Origin: Acidobacteriota bacterium
GTDB taxonomy: Bacteria; Acidobacteriota; UBA890; WLXD01
Reading direction: 5' to 3'
Assembly: GCA_965205505.1 (NCBI GenBank)
Contig: CBDBHB010000009.1
Location: 1,632,001-1,696,000, forward strand
DNA length: 64,000 nucleotides
Every line of letters starts with the position of its first letter. The stretch's first letter is position 1. The notes under the pieces were generated by a model that was not told the origin of the DNA, ran no database searches, and saw only the letters and a program-made list of their open reading frames with translations. The position numbers were made by a program, and so were the translations under genes. Shown in pieces: positions 28,475 to 38,878 of this stretch.

Positions 28475-31447
28475 CTACGCAGCTTCGTAGGTGATCGAGA
28501 AGACAGTATCCGTCAGCCACCGGCGGAACGACTCGTTGTCACTGAACTGCTTGAACAGCTCCGTGTCGTCTTTCAGCAACGCCGTCATCACCCGCCGGAG
28601 CGCCTTGTCGTGCTCAATCCGCGCGTTCTGCTTGTCGGAGTTCTGCTTGGCGTTCTGGTAAGCACTGTCGGCCGCCACGCGGTTCGGGATGTCCTCCGTG
28701 ATAAGTCGGTGGACGCGGTCGCCATCGGTCCATGGGATGTTCCCGAACTGGTCGTTGAAGGTCTTGAGGATGTTCGAGAGGCGGTCGAGCTCGGGTTCCG
28801 GCCTGTGGCCAGCGCCGGTACCCGGGACCGGCTCGATCTCGGCCTCCTCGTCCGCCAGTTGGACCTGTCTCGCTGCCTTCTTCTCGACCCGGTAGCTGTC
28901 CATGTCGATGAGCTCAAGAATGCCTTGGGACAGATCCTCTTGCACCGGTGCGGGGAGCTTCGGCACCAGGAAGTTCAGGAAGATAGAGAGCTTCTCCCAC
29001 TCGGCGTTCGTGTAAGGCAGGATCGAGGCCAGAAAGCCGTATACGCGCCCGAACGCCTTGGCCTTGCCCTTGAAGTCCACCTGCCCGTCCTCGTCCAACT
29101 GCTCCTTGTAGACCGCTACGCAGGCGTCGAGGATGGGGTCGAGACGGTCACGGTCAGCCCCTTCCAGGTAGAGCGTCACGAGCTGGTCGATCTGCGCGTC
29201 GGCATACACCTGATAACCGTCGAGCGCCGCCTTGAGGTCGTGCAGCTTGTTGGGGTCCGTCTCCTCGCTGAGGATCGTCGTGCGGTAGTAATCGGCAAAC
29301 GCCTCTTGGATGGCGTCGGCATCGTTCATGAAGTCGAGAACGAACACGTCGTGTTTCTTCGGATGCGCCCTGTTGAGACGCGACAGCGTCTGCACCGCCT
29401 TGATCCCGGACAAGATCTTATCCACGTACATCGTGTGCAACAGCGGCTCGTCGTACCCGGTCTGGAACTTGTCGGCACAAATGAGGAACCGATACGGGTC
29501 GTGCTGGATCTCGTCGGCGATCCGCCCGGAGGGGAAGCCATTCAGGGACGCTTCACTGACCTGCGCCCCGCCATACTCGTGCTCGCCTGAGAACGCGACG
29601 ATGGCCTGATACGGACTCTTGCGCTCCACGAGGTACTGCCGGATCGCGTGGTAGTACTGGATTGCGCGCTGGATGCCGCTTGTCACCACCATCGCGCGTG
29701 CGTTGCCACCGATCTTGTTGAGCGCCAGCACCTGTTCGTGAAAGTGGTCCACCATGATCTCGGCCTTGAGCTGGATGGCATGCTCATGGCTCTCGACATA
29801 GCGGCGCAGCTTCTTCCGGGCGCGCTTGGTGTCGAATTCGGGATCACCCTCGATCTTCTTGATGAGCTTGTAGTAGCTCTCGACCGGCGTGTAGTGCTGC
29901 AGCACGTCCAGGATGAAGCCCTCCTGGATCGCCTGCTTCATGGTGTAGCTGTGGAAGGAGCGGTGCTTGCTCTGCCCGCCCGCGCCGTACGCCTCGCCGA
30001 AGATCTCCAGCGTCTTGTTCTTGGGCGTGGCAGTGAAGGCAAAGTAGCTCGCGTTCGGCAGGAGCTTCCGCGCCGCCATGATGCGGTTGATCCTGTCCTC
30101 GGTGGTCTCCTCCTCCTGCTCGGCGCCCGCCTCCGAGAGCGCCATATGGACCGCCGCTGCGGTCTTGCCGCCCTGGCTCGAATGCGCCTCGTCGATAAGG
30201 ATGGCGAAGCGCCGGCCCCGCTGCTCGTTGCCGATCTCATCGAGGATGAACGGGAACTTCTGCACCGTCGAGATGATGATCTTCTTGCCGCTCTCGATAA
30301 ACGCGCGGAGATTTGCCGAGCGTTCGGCATGCCCGACGGTGGCCCCAACTTGGGCGAACTGCTTGATCGTGTCGCGGATCTGCTGGTCGAGGATGCGTCG
30401 GTCCGTGACCACGATGATGGAGTCGAACACCTCCGCGTCGTCTTTCCGTAGCCCGATCAACTGGTGCGCAAGCCAGGCGATGGAGTTGGACTTGCCGCTA
30501 CCGGCCGAATGCTGAATGAGATACTGCTTCCCTGCGCCGTGCTGGCAAGTATCGGCCAAGAGCCGACGCACCACGTCGAGCTGGTGGTAGCGGGGCCAGA
30601 TCTGCACCCTCCTCTTCTTGCCTGTCTTGTCGTCCTTGGTCTGGACGATCTGGGCGTAGTTCTCCAGGATGTTGGTCAGGCTGTCGCGGGTGAGCAGGCG
30701 CTTCCAGAGGTAGTCGGTCTTGAGGCCATCCGGATTCGGCGGGTTGCCGGCACCGTCGTTGTAGCCCTGGTTGAAGGGCAGGAACCACGAGCCCTTGCCC
30801 TTGAGGTGCGTGCAGAACCGCACCTCGTTGTCATCCGCGGCGAAGTGCGCCACGCAGCGGCCGAACTCGAACAGCTTCTCGCGCGGGTCGCGGTCACGCT
30901 TGTACTGCTGCACGGCATCCTGGACTGTCTGCTTCGTCAGGCTATTCTTCAGCTCGAACGTGGCGACCGGCAGGCCGTTGATGAACAGGCCGAGGTCGAG
31001 CGCGAGCTGGGTTTCGTCACGGCTGTAGCGGAGCTGGCGCGTGACCGAGAAGCGGTTCTGGGCGTAGCGTTCAGTGGCGAGAGGGTTATCGGGAGACGGC
31101 GTGCCGTAGAACAGTTCGACGTGATGCGGCCCGTCTTTGACCCCCTTGCGGAGCACGTCGATGACGCCGCGCTTGCTGACCTCACCTTGGAGGCGCGCCA
31201 GGAACTTCCGGCGCGCTGGCCCGTCGTCTTCCAGGTGCAACCCCTCGAACCCATCCGGTTGCGTTTCGACGAGGAATGCCCGCAGCTGCGCCAGATCGAC
31301 CGTGTATTCCCGGTCGTACTCGTTGGGGTGGCCGCAGATCCATCCGGCTCCGCATGAAGGAGTGGCAGCTTCGCCATCGCAGGCACTGCCGGTCAAGGCT
31401 GTGCAGATCAGCCGTTCGAGTCCGCGTTCGCTCGTGTCGGTTGTCAC
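28475..31447 (-). CDS. hsdR: Type I restriction endonuclease subunit R
   Basis: 'LFINGLPVATFELKN' nuclease motif; 'QHSAGSGKS', 'DEAH', 'FTATPK', 'KFQTGYDEP', 'AVQTLSRLNR'. Confidence 0.95.
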   Translation of the reverse strand: MTTDTSERGLERLICTALTGSACDGEAATPSCGAGWICGHPNEYDREYTVDLAQLRAFLVETQPDGFEGLHLEDDGPARRKFLARLQGEVSKRGVIDVLRKGVKDGPHHVELFYGTPSPDNPLATERYAQNRFSVTRQLRYSRDETQLALDLGLFINGLPVATFELKNSLTKQTVQDAVQQYKRDRDPREKLFEFGRCVAHFAADDNEVRFCTHLKGKGSWFLPFNQGYNDGAGNPPNPDGLKTDYLWKRLLTRDSLTNILENYAQIVQTKDDKTGKKRRVQIWPRYHQLDVVRRLLADTCQHGAGKQYLIQHSAGSGKSNSIAWLAHQLIGLRKDDAEVFDSIIVVTDRRILDQQIRDTIKQFAQVGATVGHAERSANLRAFIESGKKIIISTVQKFPFILDEIGNEQRGRRFAILIDEAHSSQGGKTAAAVHMALSEAGAEQEEETTEDRINRIMAARKLLPNASYFAFTATPKNKTLEIFGEAYGAGGQSKHRSFHSYTMKQAIQEGFILDVLQHYTPVESYYKLIKKIEGDPEFDTKRARKKLRRYVESHEHAIQLKAEIMVDHFHEQVLALNKIGGNARAMVVTSGIQRAIQYYHAIRQYLVERKSPYQAIVAFSGEHEYGGAQVSEASLNGFPSGRIADEIQHDPYRFLICADKFQTGYDEPLLHTMYVDKILSGIKAVQTLSRLNRAHPKKHDVFVLDFMNDADAIQEAFADYYRTTILSEETDPNKLHDLKAALDGYQVYADAQIDQLVTLYLEGADRDRLDPILDACVAVYKEQLDEDGQVDFKGKAKAFGRVYGFLASILPYTNAEWEKLSIFLNFLVPKLPAPVQEDLSQGILELIDMDSYRVEKKAARQVQLADEEAEIEPVPGTGAGHRPEPELDRLSNILKTFNDQFGNIPWTDGDRVHRLITEDIPNRVAADSAYQNAKQNSDKQNARIEHDKALRRVMTALLKDDTELFKQFSDNESFRRWLTDTVFSITYEAA

Positions 31448-31689
31448 ACCGCGGCCTTCTCGGGGGTGGCAAGCTCGTCGCTGTGTTCTTCCTCGCTGTT
31501 GATGAGAACCTCAGCCTCGTCTAGATGCTCGGGCCCCTCGGCCTCATCCGGTAGCCGGGACGCCGCCTCCCGCACGTCGAGCTTGCCGGTGACGACGTCG
31601 GCGATTAGGCGAGTGCGATACTGAGTCAGGTGTTGAATCTGACGTTCAACTGCGTCAGAGGCAGCTGCCAATTTGCTGGCCTTGGAGGT
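31444..31689 (-). pseudogene. hsdS: Type I specificity subunit S, C-terminal remnant truncated by IS3
   Basis: 'QIQHLTQYRTRLIADVVTGKLDVREAA' typical HsdS C-terminus; stop overlaps the hsdR start. Confidence 0.85.
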
Positions 31690-31766
31690 TGACCCAAACC
31701 CCGAAAACGGTGCCAGGTTGATGTTTAGGAAATCGGTGTACCGTCGTCCTCCAAGCAGGAGGACAG

Positions 31767-32033
31767 ATGAAGCGGAAGAGGTACACGGACGAGCAGATCG
31801 CCTACGCGCTGCGGCAGGCTGAGGCGGGCACGCCGATCAAGGAGGTGTGTCGCAAGCTGGGCGTCAGCGAGCAGACGTTGTACACGTGGCGCCGCAAGTT
31901 CGCCGGGATGGGCGTGGCCGAACTTCGGGAGCTACGACAACTCCGCCATGAGAACCGGAAGTTGAAGCAGCTGGTGGCAGATCTGAGCTTGGACAAGCAC
32001 ATGCTCCAGGAGGTGCTGTCAAAAAAGGTGTGA
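31767..32033 (+). CDS. IS3 transposase OrfA
   Basis: '[40 protein letters not shown]' HTH. Confidence 0.95.
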   Translation: MKRKRYTDEQIAYALRQAEAGTPIKEVCRKLGVSEQTLYTWRRKFAGMGVAELRELRQLRHENRKLKQLVADLSLDKHMLQEVLSKKV

Positions 32034-32884
32034 AGCCGGCGCGCAAGCGCGAGGTGGTGCGGTACCTGCAGGACGGGTTCCGTGTCAGTGAGCGTCGAGC
32101 GTGTCGGCTGATCGAGTTGTCGCGCACCAGCCATCGGTATCAGAGCACAAGGACGGACGACCCCGTGCTGCGGCGTCGTCTTGGCGAGCTCGCCGCGGCG
32201 CGTCCGCGGTTCGGGTATCGGAGGTTGTGCGTGTTGCTACGCCGCGAGGGATGGGTAGTGAACCAGAAGCGCGTGTATCGGATCTATCGAGAGGAGGGGC
32301 TGGAGGTACGGACCAAAAAGCGACGGCGCAAGCGGGCGAGTCACATACGGCTTGTGCTGCCGCCCGCAGAGCGGCCCAACGAGCGCTGGAGCATGGACTT
32401 CGTGACCGATCGGCTCGAGAGTGGCCGGCCGTTTCGGGTGCTGACGGTGGTCGATCAGTTTAGCCGTGAATGTCCGTTACTTGAGCCGGGCGTGTCGATG
32501 ACCGGCAAGGCGGTGGCTGGAGCACTCGAGCGGCTGTCGTTTGCCGGGCCGTTGCCACGGGTCATCACCGTCGACAATGGCTCAGAATTCTACTCCCAGG
32601 CGATGGACTCCTGGGCGTACCGAAGAGGCGTGCAGTTGGAGTTCATTCGGCCGGGAAAGCCCGTGGAGAATGCGTTCATCGAGAGTTTCAACGGACGGCT
32701 TCGCGACGAATGCCTCAACGCCAACCTGTTCTTCTCGATCGATGACGCGCGCCGAAAACTGGAGGCTTGGAGGCTTGATTACAATACCCACAGACCACAC
32801 AGCTCACTGAACGATCGAACTCCTACGGAGTTCGCCAGGGGCTGGCAACCGGAGGCTTCGGAACACCGAATCCTAAACCTCTGA
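32030..32884 (+). CDS. IS3 transposase OrfB (DDE)
   Basis: 'WSMDFV', 'TVDNGSEF', '[23 protein letters not shown]'. Confidence 0.95.
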   Translation: MKPARKREVVRYLQDGFRVSERRACRLIELSRTSHRYQSTRTDDPVLRRRLGELAAARPRFGYRRLCVLLRREGWVVNQKRVYRIYREEGLEVRTKKRRRKRASHIRLVLPPAERPNERWSMDFVTDRLESGRPFRVLTVVDQFSRECPLLEPGVSMTGKAVAGALERLSFAGPLPRVITVDNGSEFYSQAMDSWAYRRGVQLEFIRPGKPVENAFIESFNGRLRDECLNANLFFSIDDARRKLEAWRLDYNTHRPHSSLNDRTPTEFARGWQPEASEHRILNL

Positions 32885-32957
32885 CTGGTACTGATTTCGG
32901 GGTGGGGTCAAGCACCGAGTTACTGAGATAAGACGTGGTACTAACCGTGGGGTCAGG

Positions 32958-34472
32958 TCAGCTGTACTCGACGTTGTAGCCGGTGAGCGTGAGGTTGCCT
33001 AGGGTGTGCAACCAGGTCTCCTGCAACCGCTGCCACTCCGGGCCGAGTGCCTCACGCCACGTTGCCGAGAGGTTCTGGTTCTGCGGCAGGATGTGCTCGA
33101 TGGTGTACTCGTGCACCGGCACGCGCTCCTTGCGGCCGTAGTTCTCCAGACGGCGCAGCCAGTAGCTCCGACTCCGGAAGTTGTAGAGGTCGCGCTTGGA
33201 CAGCTCGCGCTTGAACTCCTCGTCGAGCGGAAAGCGTCGGTAGGACGGCAGAGCGAGGAAGTGCGCCTGGATGCTCTCGATGTAGCGGTCCTTCTGGAGC
33301 ACACGTCCGAAGGTGGCGAAGGTCTTGTTGAGCGAGTTGGTGAGAATGGCACACACTGCCCGGCGGAACACGTAGGCTTCGACCAGCCGCACGGCCCGGA
33401 CGAAGTCTTCTTTCCGGAGCCGGCCCTGCGCGTAGTCGTCGTATAGCTCCAGGAGGAATGGAAAGGCCACCTCCACCTTCAGCTCGCGGAGATCCTGGAA
33501 CGCTGGCGCGAGGTCCTTGTCAGGCTCCTTGCCGAGCGCCATCGCGCAGTAATAATCAGCGTAGGCGTGGATGTCGGCGACGAGGGCATCCACGCCGGCT
33601 GCTGCTATCTCGGGCGAGTGTGCGTGGCCCTTGAAGGCTTCGTAGACGGCCTTGATGTTCGGGATCTCGCCGGTCTTGAGCGTCAAGTAGTGACGCATGA
33701 AGCGGTCGAAGTGCTTGCCGTAGTGCTCCTGCCCAAAGGCGACCTCCATCGGCCGCCAGTGCTCCTCGTAGAGGCTCGTCTGCTGGGCGGTGTCCAGACC
33801 CATCAGGATGAAGTTGCGGATCAGGTCAGCCTGACTCAGCGCGCGGCCAGTCGAGTTCATGCTCTCGAAGATGAGCTGCGGGTTGTCCTGATCGTGGCTG
33901 AGGGCGATGTCCACGATCATGAGCTTTGCGAGCCCCTTGCACAGCGGCGCAAAGTCGGCCCCGACCGCCTGCACCCGCTTCTCGAAGAAGTCGAAGTTCG
34001 CCATGATGCGGAGCGAGGGCTCGGCCGGCTGCGGTTTCTGCTGCATCAGGGCGAGCAGGCTCTGCTTGTCCGTCTGGGTGAGGAGGAGCTTGAAGCCGCG
34101 CTCGCCCTCTTCCAGCGGGTTGAGCAGATAGTAGCTGCGTAGCTTCTTCGCCGAGAAACCGTCCACCGGCTCCCCGTTACCCACGCGCTTCGCCAGGGCT
34201 TCGAGAATGAGCATCACGGTCGTCAGGCGCTGCTGACCGTCGATGACGAGCAAAACTGACTGGCTAGAGACCTGATAGAGCCCCTCTTCGATGTAGACAA
34301 TGGAGCCGACGAAGTGGGCCGCGATGTCCTCGTTGCTGCCCGTCCGTAGGATGTCGTCCCAGAGTTGACGGCACTCGCTCTCCGTCCAGCTATAGGTGCG
34401 CTGGTAGATGGGGATGACGAACTGTGGTGACTTCTTGAGGAAGTCGAGGAACTTGACTTCGGTGGCCTTCAT
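32958..34472 (-). pseudogene. DUF262/DUF1524 (GmrSD-like) protein, C-terminally truncated by IS3
   Basis: 'IPIYQRTYSW', 'IDGQQRLTT', 'IFESMN', 'IEHILPQ', 'LGNLTL'; the IS end supplies the stop. Confidence 0.88.
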
Positions 34473-35320
34473 CGGGCATTTCCCCCAATGATTTCCTCCA
34501 ACAGTCCGTCCGTTGCCTGCTCCAGCGCCAGGATGTCGGCGCGAATCTCCTTGAGCGAACGCATCGGCGTCGGCTTGTAGAAGTAACGGGTAAAGCTGAT
34601 CTCGTAGCCGATCTTCACGCTGCCCGGGACGTACCAGGCGTCGGCCGCGTAAGGGAGTACCTCGCGGCGCAGGAACGTCTCGACGCCGCCCTGCTCCAAT
34701 AGCGGCACCTGCTCGGTGTCCCGCAGATCGGTGTCCGGCTCGTACTCGACCACGCACTGCTTCTTGCTGATGGTCACCTCGAACAGGCCGACCAGTGGGT
34801 TGGGTTCAACGCCTCGCTTGTGGATCTTCTTGATGACGGGCGGTGCACTCTCGTCCCGCTCGGCGGTCTCCTTGAGGGCCTTGATCTCCTTTGCCGCGTA
34901 GGCTCGGTCGGGGTCGGTCCCCGTGAGCCGGAGGGGTCGCTCGACCTTCACCTTCCGGTACCCGAAGGCGGCGTTCGGGAAAATCTTGGACTGCTCGGTC
35001 TCCTCGAAGGCCAGGAACGCGTCGCAGATGCGGGTGATGTCCTCTTCGGACAGCTCGCAGTTCTTCTTGCCCAGGTTCTTGCGCAGCGGCTTGAACCACT
35101 GCGTGGCGTCGATGAGCTGGACCTTCCCCCGTCGATGGGCAGGTTTTCGGTTCGTCAGCACCCAGATGTAGGTGGCGATGCCGGTGTTGTAGAACATGTT
35201 CAGCGGCAACGCGACGATCGCCTCCAGCCAGTCCTTCTCGATGATCCAGCGGCGGATGTTGCTCTCTCCCTGCCCGGCGTTGCCCGTGAACAGGGAGCTG
35301 CCGTTGTGGACCTCGGCAAC
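34469..35320 (-). pseudogene. hsdM: Type I methyltransferase subunit M, C-terminal half only
   Basis: 'AEVHNGSSLFTG', 'LPLNMFYNTGIATYIW', 'KIGYEISFTRYFYK'; the NPPY-containing N-half is absent. Confidence 0.9.
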
Positions 35321-36053
35321 GGGAGTCTCACTACTGGTATGCAGCCACACCTGTGCCGCAGTCCAAGAAGTATGTGGGCGTGGACGGCCAATGCCTGGTA
35401 GAGCTTCGCAGCGACCGGCAGCAGACGATGGTCCCACCGTCGATTCATCCGGGCGGGGAACAATTGGAGTGGGACGCGTCCGACGCGCCTGCAAAGGTGG
35501 ATGGCCAAAGTCTATGCGACAGTGTCGCTGCTTTGGCGGCCGCCACTGTGTTGACCCGTAGTTGGCCCCGAGAAGCCGGCAGCAGACAGGAGTTGGCGCT
35601 CGCCGTCGCTGGTCTTCTCGGGTACGGCGGTGTGCCGATCGAGCTCGCTCAGCAGATCATCGGCTGTGCAGCACGATTTGCTGGAGACGAGGAGTGGCAG
35701 AAGCGACAGGACGCCGTTCAGCCTACCTACGAGAAGCTTGCACTCGATGACCCCGTGACGGGGGGACCAACCGTCGAGACACTGCTGCCGTGTGGCGATG
35801 AGATCGTGCCGAGGCTGCGCGGCTGGCTCGGACTACGAGCAGGCGAGTCTGCTGAGTCACGTGTTGACAGCTGGCTCGAGGCCCACGCCAACAAGGACAA
35901 CGCCGACGTGCAGGAAATTCTCCAGCCTCTATCCGAGCTGCAGCCGTTAGCGTACGAGCAGGTTCGGGAGCAGGTCAGCAAGGTGGCGAGTGTCCGTATC
36001 GGTGTGCTTGATGAAGAAGTCAAGAAGCTTCGGGTCACGCCCGCAGCTACCAA
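35320..36053 (+). pseudogene. Bifunctional primase/polymerase-like protein, 5' part (N-truncated, interrupted by IS3)
   Basis: 'SHYWY...VELRSDRQQTMVPPSIHP'; joins 37319 in frame once the IS and one CCAA copy are removed. Confidence 0.75.
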
Positions 36054-37314
36054 TGACCTGACCCCACGGTTAGTACCACGTCTTATCTCAGTAACTCGGT
36101 GCTTGACCCCACCCCGAAATCAGTACCAGTCAGAGGTTTAGGATTCGGTGTTCCGAAGCCTCCGGTTGCCAGCCCCTGGCGAACTCCGTAGGAGTTCGAT
36201 CGTTCAGTGAGCTGTGTGGTCTGTGGGTATTGTAATCAAGCCTCCAAGCCTCCAGTTTTCGGCGCGCGTCATCGATCGAGAAGAACAGGTTGGCGTTGAG
36301 GCATTCGTCGCGAAGCCGTCCGTTGAAACTCTCGATGAACGCATTCTCCACGGGCTTTCCCGGCCGAATGAACTCCAACTGCACGCCTCTTCGGTACGCC
36401 CAGGAGTCCATCGCCTGGGAGTAGAATTCTGAGCCATTGTCGACGGTGATGACCCGTGGCAACGGCCCGGCAAACGACAGCCGCTCGAGTGCTCCAGCCA
36501 CCGCCTTGCCGGTCATCGACACGCCCGGCTCAAGTAACGGACATTCACGGCTAAACTGATCGACCACCGTCAGCACCCGAAACGGCCGGCCACTCTCGAG
36601 CCGATCGGTCACGAAGTCCATGCTCCAGCGCTCGTTGGGCCGCTCTGCGGGCGGCAGCACAAACTCGCCCGCTTGCGCCGTCGCTTCTTGGTCCGTACCT
36701 CCAGCCCCTCCTCTCGATAGATCCGATACACGCGCTTCTGGTTCACTACCCATCCCTCGCGGCGTAGCAACACGCACAACCTCCGATACCCGAACCGCGG
36801 ACGCGCCGCGGCGAGCTCGCCAAGACGACGCCGCAGCACGGGGTCGTCCGTCCTTGTGCTCTGATACCGATGGCTGGTGCGCGACAACTCGATCAGCCGA
36901 CACGCTCGACGCTCACTGACACGGAACCCGTCCTGCAGGTACCGCACCACCTCGCGCTTGCGCGCCGGCTTTACACCTTTTTTGACAGCACCTCCTGGAG
37001 CATGTGCTTGTCCAAGCTCAGATCTGCCACCAGCTGCTTCAACTTCCGGTTCTTATGGCGGAGTTGTCGTAGCTCCCGAAGTTCGGCCACGCCCATCCCG
37101 GCGAACTTGCGGCGCCACGTGTACAACGTCTGCTCGCTGACGCCCAGCTTGCGACACACCTCCTTGATCGGCGTGCCCGCCTCAGCCTGCCGCAGCGCGT
37201 AGGCAATCTGCTCGTCCGTGTACCTCTTGCGCTTCATTCGTCCTCCTGCTTGGAGGACTACGGTACCCCGATTTCCTAAACATCAACCTGGCACCGTTTT
37301 CGGGGTTTGGGTCA
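36054..37314 (-). mobile_element. IS3-family element, copy 2 (inverted), 4-bp CCAA target duplication, orfB frameshifted by a 10-bp deletion
   Basis: Near-identical to 31690-32960; CCAA at 36050-36053 and 37315-37318; lacks CACATACGGC. Confidence 0.95.
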
Positions 37315-37318
37315 CCAA

Positions 37319-38690
37319 CACCATCGGAACCGCTGTTACCTGGCAACAGATCGAGCCGTGGCCGCATCCCGTTTCGGCAGGTGAGTTGGCGGACGATCTG
37401 GTCAAGATATTCGACACCTATCTGGTGATGCCGAAAGGAGCGGCAGAGGCAGTCGCGCTTTGGGTGCTGCATGCTCACGCTCATGATGCATCAGAGGTAT
37501 CGCCCATTCTCGCGATCACGTCGCCGGAGAAAAGGTCGGGAAAGACCACGTTGCTGGAGCTGATTCAGGAAATTGTCCCCCGCCCCTTTCCGGCGAGCAA
37601 CGTCAGTACCGCTGCAGTGTTCCGTTCTGTCGAGAAGTGGAGGCCGACCCTGCTGATCGACGAAGCCGATACATTCCTTAATGATCGCGAGGATCTGCGC
37701 GGTGTTCTCAACAGCGGTCATCGTCACTCGATGGCGTTCGTCATCCGGACTGTCGGGGAGGATCATGAGCCTAGGAGCTTTGAGACGTGGGCTCCAAAGG
37801 CGATCGCGAAGATCGGATCATTACCCGACACTCTGCATGATCGGTCGATCGTGATTCCGATGCGTCGGAAGAGAACGGACGAATCGAAACGACGATTGCG
37901 AAGAGACCGCCTTGCCTCAGAGTGCAGCGGGCCCCTTAGACAAGCAGCGACGTGGGCCGAACAACAACAGGAGGATCTGCGGCAGCGCGACCCGATGCTT
38001 CCCGAGCAGTTGCATGACCGTGCTCGCGACAACTGGCGCCCGTTGATTGCGATCGCGGACTCCCTGGGCGGTGATTGGCCGCAACGGGCACGCACAGCAG
38101 CGCTGGGTTTGTCTGGAATCGTGGCTCCCGAGGAAGAATCGATCAGGGTACAGCTCCTCGAGGCTCTCAGGAGGGTCTTCACGGACTCTGACGCAGACAA
38201 GCTCCCGAGCCGGGATATTGTTGAGCAGCTCGTACTCATGGAAGACGGACCGTGGGCTGAATACCGAAGGGGCAAACCGATCACTCCGGCTCAAGTAGCG
38301 AGGTTGCTTCGCCCTCATGGGGTTCGTCCCAAGGACATCTGGATTGCGGATGGCCACGGGGGTGGGCGGACACTCAAAGGCTACGAGCTAGCTGCCCTTC
38401 AAGATGCCTTCGGCCGGTACCTACCACCCGCCGATGCGCAAGAGCCGCAAGAGTCAGTAGCCGGCGGTGCTTATGGGGATGAGACACACCGCGAGGATGA
38501 GTCGTTCATCGCGGGCAACGGACAGGGTGAATTCCCCGACCTGGAGGGGGGTCTTGCGGCTCTCGCGGCTAGAGAGGCCGCCGAGGACAAAACAGAAACC
38601 TCTGAACAAGACAAGTGTGAGAGGTTTACAGATCAGCCTCCCATCCCTCCCAAGTCTCCGGACCATCCTTATCCAGGAGGTTTGGCATGA
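37319..38690 (+). pseudogene. DUF3631-type primase-associated NTPase, 3' part of the IS-split gene
   Basis: 'EPWPHPV', 'SPEKRSGKTTLL', 'PTLLIDEADTF', 'LPDTLHDRSI', 'DRARDNWRPL'. Confidence 0.8.
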
Positions 38691-38878
38691 GTACAACCTC
38701 CGAATATCTCTCAGTCGATCAGGTGGCCGAAGTGCTGCATCTCAGCCCCGGCACTATCTATCAGTACACATCGAAGCGTCGAATCCCGTTCATCAAGTTC
38801 GGTGGAAAGCTCCTTTTTGAGTGGGAAGAGATCAAGGAGTGGCTCCACGAGCACCGGCAGGAGGTTCGAGATGCCTAA
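38687..38878 (+). CDS. Excisionase / HTH_17 DNA-binding protein
   Basis: 63 aa 'YLSVDQVAEVLHLSPGTIYQY....IPFIKFG..LLF...I.EW'; overlaps the integrase start. Confidence 0.85.
   Translation: MSTTSEYLSVDQVAEVLHLSPGTIYQYTSKRRIPFIKFGGKLLFEWEEIKEWLHEHRQEVRDA

Larger units (their letters stand above)
31690..32960 (+). mobile_element. IS3-family element (IS407-like), copy 1; no target-site duplication (adjacent deletion)
   Basis: IRL TGACCCAAACCCCGAAAACGGTGCC; orfA/orfB with an A6G slippery site (32021-32027); right end ...GGTCA; flanks AGGT and GCTG differ. Confidence 0.95.

Noticed and set aside
31690-37314. Inverted IS3 pair as a composite transposon or invertible segment
   Set aside because: Copy 2 keeps its own CCAA duplication and splits one gene cleanly; the outer flanks (AGGT and CCAA) do not match, so these are independent insertions.
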